The notes: generated by a model not told the origin, from the letters alone. Counted from the stretch's first letter, positions 1 through 9,923 are shown. The stretch is DNA of 64,000 nucleotides from an uncultured delta proteobacterium (GCA_963737905.1 CAVTUQ010000025.1:128001-192000); one strand, 5' to 3'. Made by a program: numbers and translations.

Positions 1-1217
1 CGTTCGGCGAGATTGCCATGGCCGATATCGCGGCGGCTCGGGCCACGAAGAAACTTGACCTCACCGACGCTGAACGGAGGAAAGTTATAATGCAGCATGA
101 ACTTTTTATAGTGTTCGCCGATCAATGCGTCGATCTTTTGTTCGTCCGATGCCGTCCCGAGTGTCGTCACGACCAGCGCCTGGGTCTCCCCGCGGGTAAA
201 CAGCGCCGACCCGTGAGTCCGCGGCAGAATTTCGACCTCACAGGTAATGGGGCGGATATCTTTTAACCCGCGTCCGTCGATGCGGCGCTCCCGCTGAATG
301 ACCAGGCCGCGGAAGCAATTCCGCTTGAGCTCGTCGAATGCCCCTTTAATGTCCTTTTCCTTTTGCGGAAATTCCGCCAGCATCTTTGCGACGACTTCGC
401 CCTTGATTTCGCCTATTTGTTTATAGCGCTCCAATTTCTCTGGAATCTCGATGGCCTGTTGCAGCTTCGACAGTGCCAACTGCTCGACTTGCCGAACCAT
501 CGCCGTGTCCAGCTCTGCCAGTGGCACTTGACGCTTGGCCTTACCAACCTCCCGGCGGATCTCTTCCTGTAACTGCAGAAGCGGTTGGATAGCTTCATGG
601 CCCGTGAATAAGGCTTCGAGAATTTCGTCTTCTGGAATCATTTTGGCGCCGCCCTCGACCATCACGATGGCATCGCGGCTGCCCGACAGAAAAATATCCA
701 TGTCGCTTTCCAGGAGTTGGCTTTGGGTGGGATTCATGACCCATCGGCCGTCGATCCGGCCTATCCGAACTCCCGCAAGGGGTCCGTTAAATGGAATATC
801 CGAAACCTGGAGAGCCATCGAGGCTCCCAGCATCGCGACCATATCGGGATCGTTCTCACGGTCAGCCGACAAAACCGTCGCGATCACTTGGGTTTCACAG
901 CGAAGCCCCTCCGAAAACAGCGGCCGGATGGAGCGGTCAATGAGCCGACAGGTGAGAATCTCTTTCTCCGATGGGCGGCCCTCGCGCTTAAAGAAACCAC
1001 CGGGAATCTTTCCCGCGGCGAAAGTTTTCTCTTGATAATCAACCGTTAACGGGAAGAAATCAGTATCGGTCTTAAGCTCTTTGGCGGCCACTGCCGTTAC
1101 CAACACCACGGTTTCACCGTAGCGGACCAATGCGGCGCCGTCAGCCTGTTTGGCGACTTTGCCGACTTCGATCGACAAAGGACGGCCGTGAAAATCTAAT
1201 TCCACTTTCTTAATCAT
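1..1217 (-). CDS. pnp: Polyribonucleotide nucleotidyltransferase (5' portion; runs off the window edge)
   Basis: Manual minus-strand translation from ATG at 1217: MIKKVELDFHGRPLSIEVGKVAKQADGA...FFPLTVDYQEK...GKIPGGFFKREGRPSEKEIL...RIDGR...LPRTHGSALFTRGETQ...HYNFPPFSVGE. Lies downstream of rpsO. Absent from the ORF track because it has no stop inside the window. Confidence 0.97.
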   Translation of the reverse strand, partial: MIKKVELDFHGRPLSIEVGKVAKQADGAALVRYGETVVLVTAVAAKELKTDTDFFPLTVDYQEKTFAAGKIPGGFFKREGRPSEKEILTCRLIDRSIRPLFSEGLRCETQVIATVLSADRENDPDMVAMLGASMALQVSDIPFNGPLAGVRIGRIDGRWVMNPTQSQLLESDMDIFLSGSRDAIVMVEGGAKMIPEDEILEALFTGHEAIQPLLQLQEEIRREVGKAKRQVPLAELDTAMVRQVEQLALSKLQQAIEIPEKLERYKQIGEIKGEVVAKMLAEFPQKEKDIKGAFDELKRNCFRGLVIQRERRIDGRGLKDIRPITCEVEILPRTHGSALFTRGETQALVVTTLGTASDEQKIDALIGEHYKKFMLHYNFPPFSVGEVKFLRGPSRRDIGHGNLAE

Positions 1218-1284
1218 AGAAGGATCCTCTGAGAGGAGATGGGCTTAACGGAGGCGGTACAGGAGGGCAAATGGTCAGGAATGG

Positions 1285-1554
1285 CTATTTCCTTATTCCT
1301 AGCCGTTGGATCAGGCTCTGATACCTTTCGAAATCGCTTTTCTTAAGATAATCGAGAAGCCTCCTCCTCTGGCCTACTAGTTTCAGCAGGCCCCGACGGG
1401 AATGGTGATCCTTGACGTGAATCTTGAAGTGCCCGGTGAGGTGGTCGATACGCTGACTCAATAAGGCGACTTGCACTTCAGGAGAGCCGGTATCCGTCTG
1501 ATGAACCCTGAACTGCTCGATAACTTCTTGCCTATGCGCTTGAGCAATTCCCAT
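1285..1554 (-). CDS. rpsO: 30S ribosomal protein S15
   Basis: 89 aa with [12 protein letters not shown]...[23 protein letters not shown]. Canonical rpsO-pnp order. Confidence 0.98.
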   Translation of the reverse strand: MGIAQAHRQEVIEQFRVHQTDTGSPEVQVALLSQRIDHLTGHFKIHVKDHHSRRGLLKLVGQRRRLLDYLKKSDFERYQSLIQRLGIRK

Positions 1555-1736
1555 GTGATCTCCGCTCTTTCTCTCTCTTTCTTTCTTTTAAGTTGGACAA
1601 ATTTCTATCATACTGACTCCGCCTTGTAAAGGTGCCTCGACAAGCCCATGTTAGATCATTTCGCCGGCAGCGGACAAACATGTCCGTGAAAGTTAGAGTC
1701 GTCAGGGTCAGTTTTCGTTTTCGTTGGTGATGACTT

Positions 1737-2360
1737 ATGGTAATATTCCTTGTCATGGTACGGATGGTTTTCGGCGCCGTCTTTCTATCCGTTCTTTTGA
1801 GCGGCTCAGCCTCAGTTGTCGCCGCCGAATACTATCGCTGGGTGGATCAAAACGGTGTAGTTCATTTTACAGACAATTTGCATAACATCCCGGAAACACA
1901 GCGAGGTAACGCGGGGCGTATCCAGTCCATAGATCCCCCGAGGGTCCCACCGCCTCCAGCTCCAATCTCGCCGAGCAAGGCCTCGATCCCCTTCGAAAAG
2001 CAAGGACAGGTCGTCATCGTCGAGGCCACGTTGAATAAGAAAACCTCGGTTAAGTTTGTCGTCGACACCGGTGCAAGCTATACGATGATCTCAAGCGCCG
2101 TAGCCAAAGAGCTCGACATCGACACTGAGCAAAATCGTCGGACCGCCCCCTTTCAGACGGCCAATGGGATCATCCAAGCCCCCTTAGTGAGTCTCGACTC
2201 GATTACCGTCGGTGGCATGGAAATCCGCAATCTGACCGCTGCCGTGCATGATGTCCTCGCTGACTCAAGGGTTGCCGGCCTGTTGGGCCTCAACTTCCTG
2301 AGCAATTTTCGCATGGACATCGACACGCAAAAAGGCGTGCTCCATCTGGAGAAGAAGTAG
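1737..2360 (+). CDS. Exported DUF4124-like plus retropepsin-like aspartic protease
   Basis: Signal peptide, YYRWVDQNGVVHFTD (DUF4124-like), Pro-rich linker, FVVDTGAS catalytic motif and GLLGLNFL psi-loop. Confidence 0.85.
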   Translation: MVIFLVMVRMVFGAVFLSVLLSGSASVVAAEYYRWVDQNGVVHFTDNLHNIPETQRGNAGRIQSIDPPRVPPPPAPISPSKASIPFEKQGQVVIVEATLNKKTSVKFVVDTGASYTMISSAVAKELDIDTEQNRRTAPFQTANGIIQAPLVSLDSITVGGMEIRNLTAAVHDVLADSRVAGLLGLNFLSNFRMDIDTQKGVLHLEKK

Positions 2361-2375
2361 CCGGGCGGGGCAGAT

Positions 2376-5153
2376 TTATGAGCAGCCGCTCACCGCGCCG
2401 CAGTTCATACATTTGTAGCAGGCACCGCTCCGAATCATGATGGCGCCGCAGTCGGGACAGGGCGGGGCATCCTGCTGATAGAGACTCGTCACGCTGCTGA
2501 TGCTGGTCACGGGCGCTCCGCCCCGAAGGGCCTGCGACGAAATCGAAATCACTTTTTTACCAGTGTTATTTTCTTTGTTGCTGGTGTCCTCGGGCTCTGG
2601 CCTTACGACACCGACCTCCTGCTGCGCATCCCCATCGAGAAACTTGATCGCCAACCAACGGAAGATGTAGTCCATAATCGACTTTGCCATCGGGATATCG
2701 GGATTTTTGGTAAAGCCGGACGGCTCGAAGCGCATATGACTGAACTTGTCCACCAGAACCCTCAGCGGCACCCCGTACTGAAGCGCCATGGAGATCGCCG
2801 TCGCAAATGAATCCATCAGGCCGGAAATGGTGGAACCTTCCTTGGACATGGTAATGAAAATCTCGCCGGGCTGACCGTCTTCATACATTCCGGCGGTGAT
2901 GTAACCTTCATGGCCGGCGATATCGAACTTATGAGTGAACGATCTTCTTTCATCGGGGAGCTTCCGCCTAAGAGGCCGAGACTCTTTCCCCTCCGCCGCG
3001 GCTGCTTTCTTCTCCTCTTTGTCTTTAGAGGTGTTTAAGGGCTGCGTCCGTTTTGACCCGTCGCGGTAAATTGCCACCGCTTTAAGACCCAGCTTCCAGG
3101 ACTCCATATACGCGTGCACGATCTCATCCACGCTAACATCGGTGGGCATATTGATGGTTTTAGAGATCGCACCGGAAATGAACGGCTGCACCGCGCCCAT
3201 CATTTTGACATGGCCCATGTAGTGGATCGACCGGCTGCCATTGGCCGGCTTGAAGGCACAGTCGAAGACGGCCAGGTCTTCGTCCCGGATATGCGGCGCG
3301 CCTTCGATAGTCTCATGCTCGTCGATGTATTCGACGATCTCTTGAATCTGCTTGACATCATAACCAAGCCTTTTCAGCGCCCGCGGCACGGTATTGTTGA
3401 CAATTTTCAACAGGCCGCCGCCAACGAGTTTCTTATATTTGATGAGCGCGATATCTGGCTCGACCCCGGTGGTATCGCAGTCCATCATGAAAGCGATGGT
3501 CCCGGTCGGAGCCAGCACGGAAATCTGCGAATTTTTTACTCCGTATTTTTCCGCCTCGTCGCAAGCCTGATCCCATGCCTCTCGGGCCGCGGTCAAAAGA
3601 TCCAGCGGCACATGAGATGACGAGATTTTGTAAGCCTGGGAGCGGTGTTTGTTGAGCACCCGCAGCATGGGCTGACGATTGACCTCGAAGCTCGCGAAGG
3701 CTCCGGTGGCCGCCGCGTTCCGGGCCGACTGCAGATAGCCTTGCCCCGACATCAAAGCCGTGACCGCCCCTGCGTAGGCGCGACCTGCATCCGAGTCGTA
3801 GGGCAGCCCCAGAGACATGAGCAAAGCACCCAGGTTGGCGTAACCAAGCCCCAATTCGCGGAAGGCGTGGGCATTGGCGGTAATTTCCGCGGTCGGGTAA
3901 GAGGAATTGTCCACCAGCATGTCCTGCGCCAGGCTGATGATATCCACCGCGTGGCGGAAAGATTCCGTGTCAAACACGCCATCGTCTCGGAGGTACTTGA
4001 GCAGGTTCAGCGATGCCAGGTTACAGGCCGAGTTGTCCAGATGCATATATTCAGAGCACGGGTTTGAAGCATTGATACGAGCCGTATTGGCGCAGGTATG
4101 CCAATCGTTGATCGTTGTATCGTATTGCATTCCCGGATCACCGCAGAAGTAGGTGCTTTCAGCGACCATCCGCAGCAACTCCCGCGCCTTAAAGGTTTCG
4201 CATACCTCACCACTCTTCACATAACGAGTCTTCCATTCCCGGTCTTCCTGAACCGCTTGCATGAACTCATCCGATACCCGCACGGAGTTATTGGCATTCT
4301 GAAAAAAGACGCTGCCGTAGGCCGGGCCGTCTAAGCTGGAATCATAGCCAGCCTCGATGAGAGCCCAGGCCTTCTTCTCTTCCTCGACTTTGCACTTGAT
4401 GAATTCTTCGATGTCCGGGTGATCCATGTTGAGCACCACCATTTTGGCGGCGCGCCGTGTTTTGCCTCCGGATTTGATCACGCCCGCCGAGGCATCGGCC
4501 GCCTTCATGAAGGACACCGGGCCCGAGGCGGTGCCGCCGCCCGCTAATTGTTCTCTAGCTGAACGAATCTTCGACAGATTGACTCCCGAACCGGAGCCAC
4601 CCTTAAAGATAATCCCCTCTTTACGGTACCAATCCAGGATCGACTCCATGGTGTCGTCCACCGCGAGAATGAAACAGGCAGAGCACTGGGGTTTTGGTTC
4701 GATGCCGCAATTGAACCACACCGGGCTGTTGAAGCACGCCTTCTGATGCACCAGGATATGGGTGAGCTCGTCATGGAAGCTTTGCGCATCTTCTTCCGTG
4801 GCGAAATAGCCGTCCTTCCGTCCCCATCCCGTGATCGTATCGACCACCCGCCCAATCATCTGGCGCACGCTGTGTTCTCTCTGCGGGCTTCCCAGGGGGC
4901 CGCGAAAATACTTCGAAACCACGACGTTGGTCGCCATCAACGACCACGCCTTCGGAATCTCGACGTTGGCCTGTTCAAAGACGACCTTGCCCTTTTCGTT
5001 GGTAATGGAGGCAATACGTTGTTCCCACTCGATTTCATCGTAAGGATCTATCCCGGGACGGGTAAAATATCGCCCTATTTTGAGCCCCTTTTGGCTTCCA
5101 TGGTCCCCTCTGGAGACACTAAATTCCGTCACTTGTGACATCGTGCTTGCCAT
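2376..5153 (-). CDS. nrdJ: Adenosylcobalamin-dependent class II ribonucleotide reductase with C-terminal TSCPD domain and Zn ribbon
   Basis: FNSPVWFN, QCSACFI, NPCSEY, CNLASLN, IAPTGT-like VLAPTGT, GAISKTIN, YRDGSK and terminal CPDCG...CYKCMNCG..SGCS. Confidence 0.95.
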   Translation of the reverse strand: MASTMSQVTEFSVSRGDHGSQKGLKIGRYFTRPGIDPYDEIEWEQRIASITNEKGKVVFEQANVEIPKAWSLMATNVVVSKYFRGPLGSPQREHSVRQMIGRVVDTITGWGRKDGYFATEEDAQSFHDELTHILVHQKACFNSPVWFNCGIEPKPQCSACFILAVDDTMESILDWYRKEGIIFKGGSGSGVNLSKIRSAREQLAGGGTASGPVSFMKAADASAGVIKSGGKTRRAAKMVVLNMDHPDIEEFIKCKVEEEKKAWALIEAGYDSSLDGPAYGSVFFQNANNSVRVSDEFMQAVQEDREWKTRYVKSGEVCETFKARELLRMVAESTYFCGDPGMQYDTTINDWHTCANTARINASNPCSEYMHLDNSACNLASLNLLKYLRDDGVFDTESFRHAVDIISLAQDMLVDNSSYPTAEITANAHAFRELGLGYANLGALLMSLGLPYDSDAGRAYAGAVTALMSGQGYLQSARNAAATGAFASFEVNRQPMLRVLNKHRSQAYKISSSHVPLDLLTAAREAWDQACDEAEKYGVKNSQISVLAPTGTIAFMMDCDTTGVEPDIALIKYKKLVGGGLLKIVNNTVPRALKRLGYDVKQIQEIVEYIDEHETIEGAPHIRDEDLAVFDCAFKPANGSRSIHYMGHVKMMGAVQPFISGAISKTINMPTDVSVDEIVHAYMESWKLGLKAVAIYRDGSKRTQPLNTSKDKEEKKAAAAEGKESRPLRRKLPDERRSFTHKFDIAGHEGYITAGMYEDGQPGEIFITMSKEGSTISGLMDSFATAISMALQYGVPLRVLVDKFSHMRFEPSGFTKNPDIPMAKSIMDYIFRWLAIKFLDGDAQQEVGVVRPEPEDTSNKENNTGKKVISISSQALRGGAPVTSISSVTSLYQQDAPPCPDCGAIMIRSGACYKCMNCGAVSGCS

Positions 5154-5181
5154 CGCGCCTACCCCCTTCTACTCTCCGGAT

Positions 5182-5228
5182 TGTCAATATATGGTGTGAA
5201 TCACGCCGGAACGTACTAGATTTTGTAT
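5182..5228 (-). promoter_or_regulatory. Tandem NrdR boxes upstream of nrdJ
   Basis: Minus strand ACACCATATATTGACA (5182-5197) and ATACAAAATCTAGTAC (5213-5228) both fit the consensus acaCwAtATaTwGtgt. Their starts are 31 bp apart, the typical NrdR tandem spacing. Confidence 0.85.
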
Positions 5229-5383
5229 TGGTAAAGCTTTTTAAAAACTTTGTCAAGAAAATTTTTCCTTCCGACAATCATTTTATCTTTTTATCCGCTT
5301 TTAGTTAGACCCGCATCCTTGGATTATGAATTTATCTAGAGTCTCGGCAGCGCGTGTGCTACTTTCTTTTCCGGTTATTTAGC

Positions 5384-5857
5384 ATGGCGAAGCACGACCA
5401 GCAGATAGAACGGCTCGGGCAGGTGCTCGACAAGTCTCTCAAGCGCATGGAGATATCTACCCGGTTGGACGAGTATGGTGTCTGGCCAATCTGGAACGAC
5501 ATCGTCGGGACGACGATCGCCCGAAATGCGCAACCAGAAAAAATCCGCAATGGCACTCTATTCGTCAAAGTAACGAGCTCGGTTTGGATGCAGCAACTTC
5601 AATATATGAAGGAAATGATTGCCGAGAAACTCAATCAACGACTGAAGACAGATGTCGTGAGAAACATTTTTTTCGTTGTTGGGCGAATCAATGCTCAAAG
5701 GATCGAGATGGAGTCACAGTCACCCGCACCGCCTTCCGTTGCGGGACCGGATTCCCGACCCAACGAAGATTTTCTCGAATCAATAGGGGATCCCGAGATT
5801 CGCCAGGCCTTTAAGCGTTTACTGAGAGGCTATTCCAGGCGGCAGCGAAAAGACTAA
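5384..5857 (+). CDS. dciA: DciA/DUF721 family replicative helicase loader
   Basis: W..IVG..IA..AQP..IRNGTLFVKVTSSVWMQQLQYMK..I..KLN pattern with a low-complexity C-terminal tail. ATG at 5384 preferred. Confidence 0.8.
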   Translation: MAKHDQQIERLGQVLDKSLKRMEISTRLDEYGVWPIWNDIVGTTIARNAQPEKIRNGTLFVKVTSSVWMQQLQYMKEMIAEKLNQRLKTDVVRNIFFVVGRINAQRIEMESQSPAPPSVAGPDSRPNEDFLESIGDPEIRQAFKRLLRGYSRRQRKD

Positions 5858-6684
5858 CACAAGGGAGCCCTTCCCGCCAACATAGTTTCGACTTCCGCCG
5901 TGTACTGTTTTCCTTGCTGATAGACAATGAGCGGCGAGAGTACCTCGATTCCGCTTCTGCCACCCTTCACCCCTTCCGTCAGAACCAGAGCGGCCTTCGC
6001 ATCGGCAAAGGAATGGACCATGCGCAGGCGCTTGGGCTCAAGATTCGCGTCGCGCATGGATTGCAGCACGTCGACGATGCGCAGGGCAGGATAAACCAAT
6101 GCTATTCGTCCTTTAATCGGCAACAAATAAGCCCCGGCGCGCAAAAAATCGGCAAGCCCCGCGGCGATTTCGTGCCGGGCTATTTTCCTTTCAGCGTTTG
6201 GGCTTATCCGACCGCTGGTCGTTCGTCGGTACGGCGGATTACAAACCACCGCAGCAAAACTTTCAGGGCTGAAAGCTTTCTGGATATGGGTGACATCGGC
6301 TTGAGCGATCGTTACCCTTTTCTGAAACTCGTTCAGCCGGACATTTCTGCTGGCCCGATCAATCATGCTTGGCTGGGTTTCCACACCCGTAATCGACAGC
6401 GACGAATGGAGATACGCTAGAATCAAAGCAATCACGCCGTTACCCGTGCCAAGATCGATGATCTTCTCGCCGTTCCGGCAAGTCATAAAATGGGCCAGAA
6501 GCAGCGCGTCGAGAGAAAAGCGGTAGCCACTCTGGCCTTGAAAAAGTTTGAGCTTGCCTTCAAACAGCGTGTCTAATGTTTCATCCTCCCTTTTTAGGCT
6601 TTTGGCCCCAGCCCAAACTGGCACACGCTTATCTGAAATCATTGATATCCCTTTTGGGTTTTTTCCGTTCGAGTCTTCACTCAT
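5854..6684 (-). CDS. tRNA1(Val) A37 N6-methyltransferase family SAM-dependent methyltransferase (start uncertain)
   Basis: GYRFSLDALLLA, DLGTGNG, CNPPY, ARHE and EPKRLR motifs of the TrmN6/YfiC family. Confidence 0.85.
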   Translation of the reverse strand: MSEDSNGKNPKGISMISDKRVPVWAGAKSLKREDETLDTLFEGKLKLFQGQSGYRFSLDALLLAHFMTCRNGEKIIDLGTGNGVIALILAYLHSSLSITGVETQPSMIDRASRNVRLNEFQKRVTIAQADVTHIQKAFSPESFAAVVCNPPYRRTTSGRISPNAERKIARHEIAAGLADFLRAGAYLLPIKGRIALVYPALRIVDVLQSMRDANLEPKRLRMVHSFADAKAALVLTEGVKGGRSGIEVLSPLIVYQQGKQYTAEVETMLAGRAPLC

Positions 6685-6778
6685 CGCTTTTAATTGGTTA
6701 ATTTATGAATTTGCTTGAAAACCAGTGAAGTTTTCTATAATAGCCTGACTCAAGTATTACGGCCGCCACAACCAAAAA

Positions 6779-7549
6779 ATGCTTTCCCTACTCGCTCGGA
6801 TTGGACGGTTTACCTTGCAGCAACTCGCAGGGATGGGCCGAATGTTCCTGTTTCTCTTTTCCGCCTTCGCCTGGAGCTTTCGCCCCCCCGCGCGAATTCG
6901 TTTGATCATCTATCATGTCAGAAGCATTGGGGTTGACTCGCTATCGGTGGTGCTTCTTTCCGGCGTATTTACCGGCATGGTTATGGGGCTTCAGGGTTAC
7001 TATAGCCTAAGGAAGTTCAACGCCGAAAGCTTTCTCGGCTCCGCTGTTGCGCTGGGCTTGTTGAGGGAGCTCGGTCCCGTGCTTTCAGCTTTCATGGTTA
7101 CCGGCCGAACCGGCTCAGCGATGGCGGCCGAGATCGGCAGTATGAAGGTTACCGAGCAAATCGATGCACTCTACTCGATGGCGATTAATCCGATCCAATA
7201 TCTGGTCTCTCCCCGCATCATCGCCGGCCTGATCTCGATGCCGCTGCTGACCGCGATCTTTGACGTGGTCGGCATCTACGGCGCTTACCTGATCGGCGTC
7301 GGACTGCTGGGTGTCAGCTCAGGCAGCTATTTTGCCGGAATGGAGAGCAGCGTCGTTTTCCACGACGTCTGGAGCGGTCTCTTAAAATCGGTAAGCTTCG
7401 GTCTGATTATCACTTGGATTTGCTGCTACAAGGGATTTAATGCTCCGCCGATGGCTACCGGCGTCGGTCAGGCAACGACTGAATCGGTCGTCTTGTGCTT
7501 CGTTTTGATCCTAGTCTGGGACTATTTCATGACTTCGATCATGCTCTAA
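6779..7549 (+). CDS. mlaE: MlaE family ABC permease
   Basis: RELGPVL...GRTGSAMAAEIGSMKVTEQIDAL...GVGQATT signature. Confidence 0.93.
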   Translation: MLSLLARIGRFTLQQLAGMGRMFLFLFSAFAWSFRPPARIRLIIYHVRSIGVDSLSVVLLSGVFTGMVMGLQGYYSLRKFNAESFLGSAVALGLLRELGPVLSAFMVTGRTGSAMAAEIGSMKVTEQIDALYSMAINPIQYLVSPRIIAGLISMPLLTAIFDVVGIYGAYLIGVGLLGVSSGSYFAGMESSVVFHDVWSGLLKSVSFGLIITWICCYKGFNAPPMATGVGQATTESVVLCFVLILVWDYFMTSIML

Positions 7550-7574
7550 AGCTTTTTCAGCAACCTGCTAGCTG

Positions 7575-8321
7575 ATGATTAAAGTCGTTGACCTGCACAA
7601 GACCTTCGGTGACCAAGCGGTCCTCAAAGGTATCAACCTGGAGCTCGAAACCGGCAAGGTGACGACGATCATCGGTGGTAGTGGTTCCGGGAAGACGGTG
7701 CTGTTAAAGCATCTCAACGCCCTCCTTCTCCCGGATCGCGGCAGCGTGCGGGTAGACGGAAAAGACATTACGAAGTTGGGCGAGCGCGATCTCAACGAAG
7801 TGCGACAGAAGTTTGGCGTCCTCTTTCAAGGCGCCGCCCTGCTCGACTCCATGACCCTCTACGACAACGTCGCTTTCCCTTTGCGCGAGAAAACCAAGAT
7901 GTCGGAGAGCGACATCCAAAAGAGAGTCGAGGAGCGACTAGCCCAGGTCGGACTTGCGGGTATGGGCTACAAATATCCAGCCGAGGTTAGCGGCGGTATG
8001 AAAAAACGCGCCGGACTAGCCCGCGCCTTAGCCATGGAACCCGAGATTGTGTTATTCGATGAGCCCACCACCGGGTTGGATCCTTTGTTGGGTAAGAGCA
8101 TTCACCGACTCATCGGTAAAATGCATGCCACATTCGGATTCACCGGAGTCATTGTGAGTCATGATATTCCGGAAGTGTTCAAGATCTCGGACCGGGTTGC
8201 TATGTTGGCGAATGGAGTGATCGCGGAGGCGGGTTCGACGCAAGAATTCGTGGCGTCGAAAAATCCGGTGGTCCGGCAGTTCTTGCAAGGAGATCCCGAA
8301 GGTCCACTCACGGTTCTATAG
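7575..8321 (+). CDS. mlaF: MlaF family ABC ATP-binding protein
   Basis: GGSGSGKT, LFQGAALLDS, SGGMKKRAGLARAL, DEPTTGLDP. Located between mlaE and mlaD. Confidence 0.92.
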   Translation: MIKVVDLHKTFGDQAVLKGINLELETGKVTTIIGGSGSGKTVLLKHLNALLLPDRGSVRVDGKDITKLGERDLNEVRQKFGVLFQGAALLDSMTLYDNVAFPLREKTKMSESDIQKRVEERLAQVGLAGMGYKYPAEVSGGMKKRAGLARALAMEPEIVLFDEPTTGLDPLLGKSIHRLIGKMHATFGFTGVIVSHDIPEVFKISDRVAMLANGVIAEAGSTQEFVASKNPVVRQFLQGDPEGPLTVL

Positions 8322-8332
8322 GAGATTGATCA

Positions 8333-8809
8333 GTGACCCAGACGCGCACGGAGATAATTGTCGGCTTGTTTGTTCTGCTGGGAATGGCTTGCCTCGGCTA
8401 TCTAGCCATCAAACTCGGCAAGCTGGAAGTCTTAGGAAGTAGCGGCCACATCGTTTATGCGGATTTCTCGTCCGTAGCCGGACTCAAGATCGGAGACTCA
8501 GTGGAAATTGCCGGGGTGAAAATCGGGCGTGTGGAGGCGATGGGGCTGGCGGATGATCGCGCCCGGCTCCAGCTGCGCATTCAGGACGATGTCAAGCTTC
8601 AGGAGGACGCCATCGCATCGGTAAGAGCCCGCGGGTTGATCGGTGACAAGTTTATCCTGATCACGCCGGGGGCATCCGACAAGATCATTCCAACGGGCGG
8701 TAGGATCCGCGAAACCGAATCACCGCCGGATATTGCGGACTTGATCGGCAAGATCGTCGGCGGAGACTTGACCTCAAAGAGTGAAAAAAAAGAGGAGAGC
8801 CAAAAATAG
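8333..8809 (+). CDS. mlaD: MlaD/MCE domain protein
   Basis: N-terminal TM (EIIVGLFVLLG), GLKIGDSVEIAGVKIGRV, GLIGDKFILITPG. Confidence 0.92.
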   Translation: MTQTRTEIIVGLFVLLGMACLGYLAIKLGKLEVLGSSGHIVYADFSSVAGLKIGDSVEIAGVKIGRVEAMGLADDRARLQLRIQDDVKLQEDAIASVRARGLIGDKFILITPGASDKIIPTGGRIRETESPPDIADLIGKIVGGDLTSKSEKKEESQK

Positions 8810-8904
8810 TTTGGCGCTCCCAGTCAACCGTCACAACTCCACTTGACTCTGCAAGCTCTTCCGCAGTATCGAAAGCTTGAAAGCGGATACGAAAGGAAGG
8901 TCCC

Positions 8905-9840
8905 ATGGCGACCTGGATTGACTGGCACTCTCATCACACCGCCCCCGAAGTTGTGGAAACGTTTGCCGCGTTTACCGGCAAACGGCCGAAGATCGACGAC
9001 TACGATTCCACCAACTTTGCCAAACGGGTACAGGAGATGGACGAGGTCGGTATCGACCTCCAACTGATCTGCCAGGGGGCCGGCCTCTACGCGGACCAGC
9101 TCCCAGCGGACCAGGCGTTGAGCGTGGCTCGGCAATCGAACGCGATGCTCGCGGAACGCATCGCTTCGTACCGTAACCGGCTCATGGGAGTCAGCGCCCT
9201 CTCGCTAAAAAACATCGATGCCTCCGTTGAGGAATTGGAGCGCACTTCGGCGCAAGGCTTTCGCGCCGCTTTGCTGTATCCCACCGTGGACGGCGAAATG
9301 GTTGTAGATCTCCCGGAGATGAATCCGATCTATAGCAAACTATCCGAATTGGGTTGGCCGATATTTCTCCATGGCGCTGGCTTAGCCAAGAGCCCCACCC
9401 TTAAGCGGCTCGAAGATGGCGGGGCTGGCGTCGCCTACGCCGTGCTATCGGACGCCGAAGTATCGGAGTGCGCCCTGCGCATGATCGCCAGCGGCGTTTT
9501 TGATCGTTATCCCAATTTGAGAATTGTCATTCGTAGCTCCGGCGGCGGTCTCCCGCTACTATTGCATCGCTTTTTTTGGAAACACAAAGGACCGAAGGGT
9601 GAGCGGCGCTACTCGGAAATTTTCCTCGAGCACTTCTTGATCGATTGTGCCAGTTCCGATGCCCGAACTCTCTCGTTTTTGATCGACACCATGGGCGAAG
9701 AACACATCGTTTTCGGCTCTGACTATTGCGGCGGCCTCGGCCCCCTGAAGAAAGCCTTTAATGGCGTATCCGGCTTGGCGGATCCGGAACGTTTCAAACG
9801 CCTCACGGACAAGAATTCGCGCGAGCTAATCCACATTTAG
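8905..9840 (+). CDS. Amidohydrolase_2 family protein
   Basis: IDWHSH, MDEVGID, PIFLHG, FDRYPNL, IVFGSDY. GGAAGG RBS upstream. Confidence 0.82.
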   Translation: MATWIDWHSHHTAPEVVETFAAFTGKRPKIDDYDSTNFAKRVQEMDEVGIDLQLICQGAGLYADQLPADQALSVARQSNAMLAERIASYRNRLMGVSALSLKNIDASVEELERTSAQGFRAALLYPTVDGEMVVDLPEMNPIYSKLSELGWPIFLHGAGLAKSPTLKRLEDGGAGVAYAVLSDAEVSECALRMIASGVFDRYPNLRIVIRSSGGGLPLLLHRFFWKHKGPKGERRYSEIFLEHFLIDCASSDARTLSFLIDTMGEEHIVFGSDYCGGLGPLKKAFNGVSGLADPERFKRLTDKNSRELIHI

Positions 9841-9842
9841 TC

Positions 9843-9919
9843 GTTCGAGGTTCAAGGTTCCGGGTTCAACCTGAGAACTCGGTTTCCGACCTTGAACTTT
9901 GAACCTGGAACTTTGAACT
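9843..9919. repeat. Inverted pair of 7-bp tandem arrays (GTTCRRG-like x4, then TTGAACY-like x4)
   Basis: gttcgag gttcaag gttccgg gttcaac, a ~21-nt spacer, then ttgaact ttgaacc tggaact ttgaact. The arms are approximate reverse complements. Confidence 0.8.
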
Positions 9920-9923
9920 TTCT

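Noticed and set aside
18-1049. Short ORF-track entries over the first kilobase
   Set aside because: All lie antisense to or overlap pnp, which the track omitted because it is truncated by the window edge.
5154-5383. Cobalamin riboswitch upstream of the B12-dependent RNR
   Set aside because: No B12-box-like motif was found. The region is AT-rich and explained by NrdR boxes and divergent promoters.
6779-8809. mlaEFD without mlaA/B/C as a novel system
   Set aside because: Minimal MCE operons are common outside enterobacteria, and partner genes may be elsewhere in the genome.
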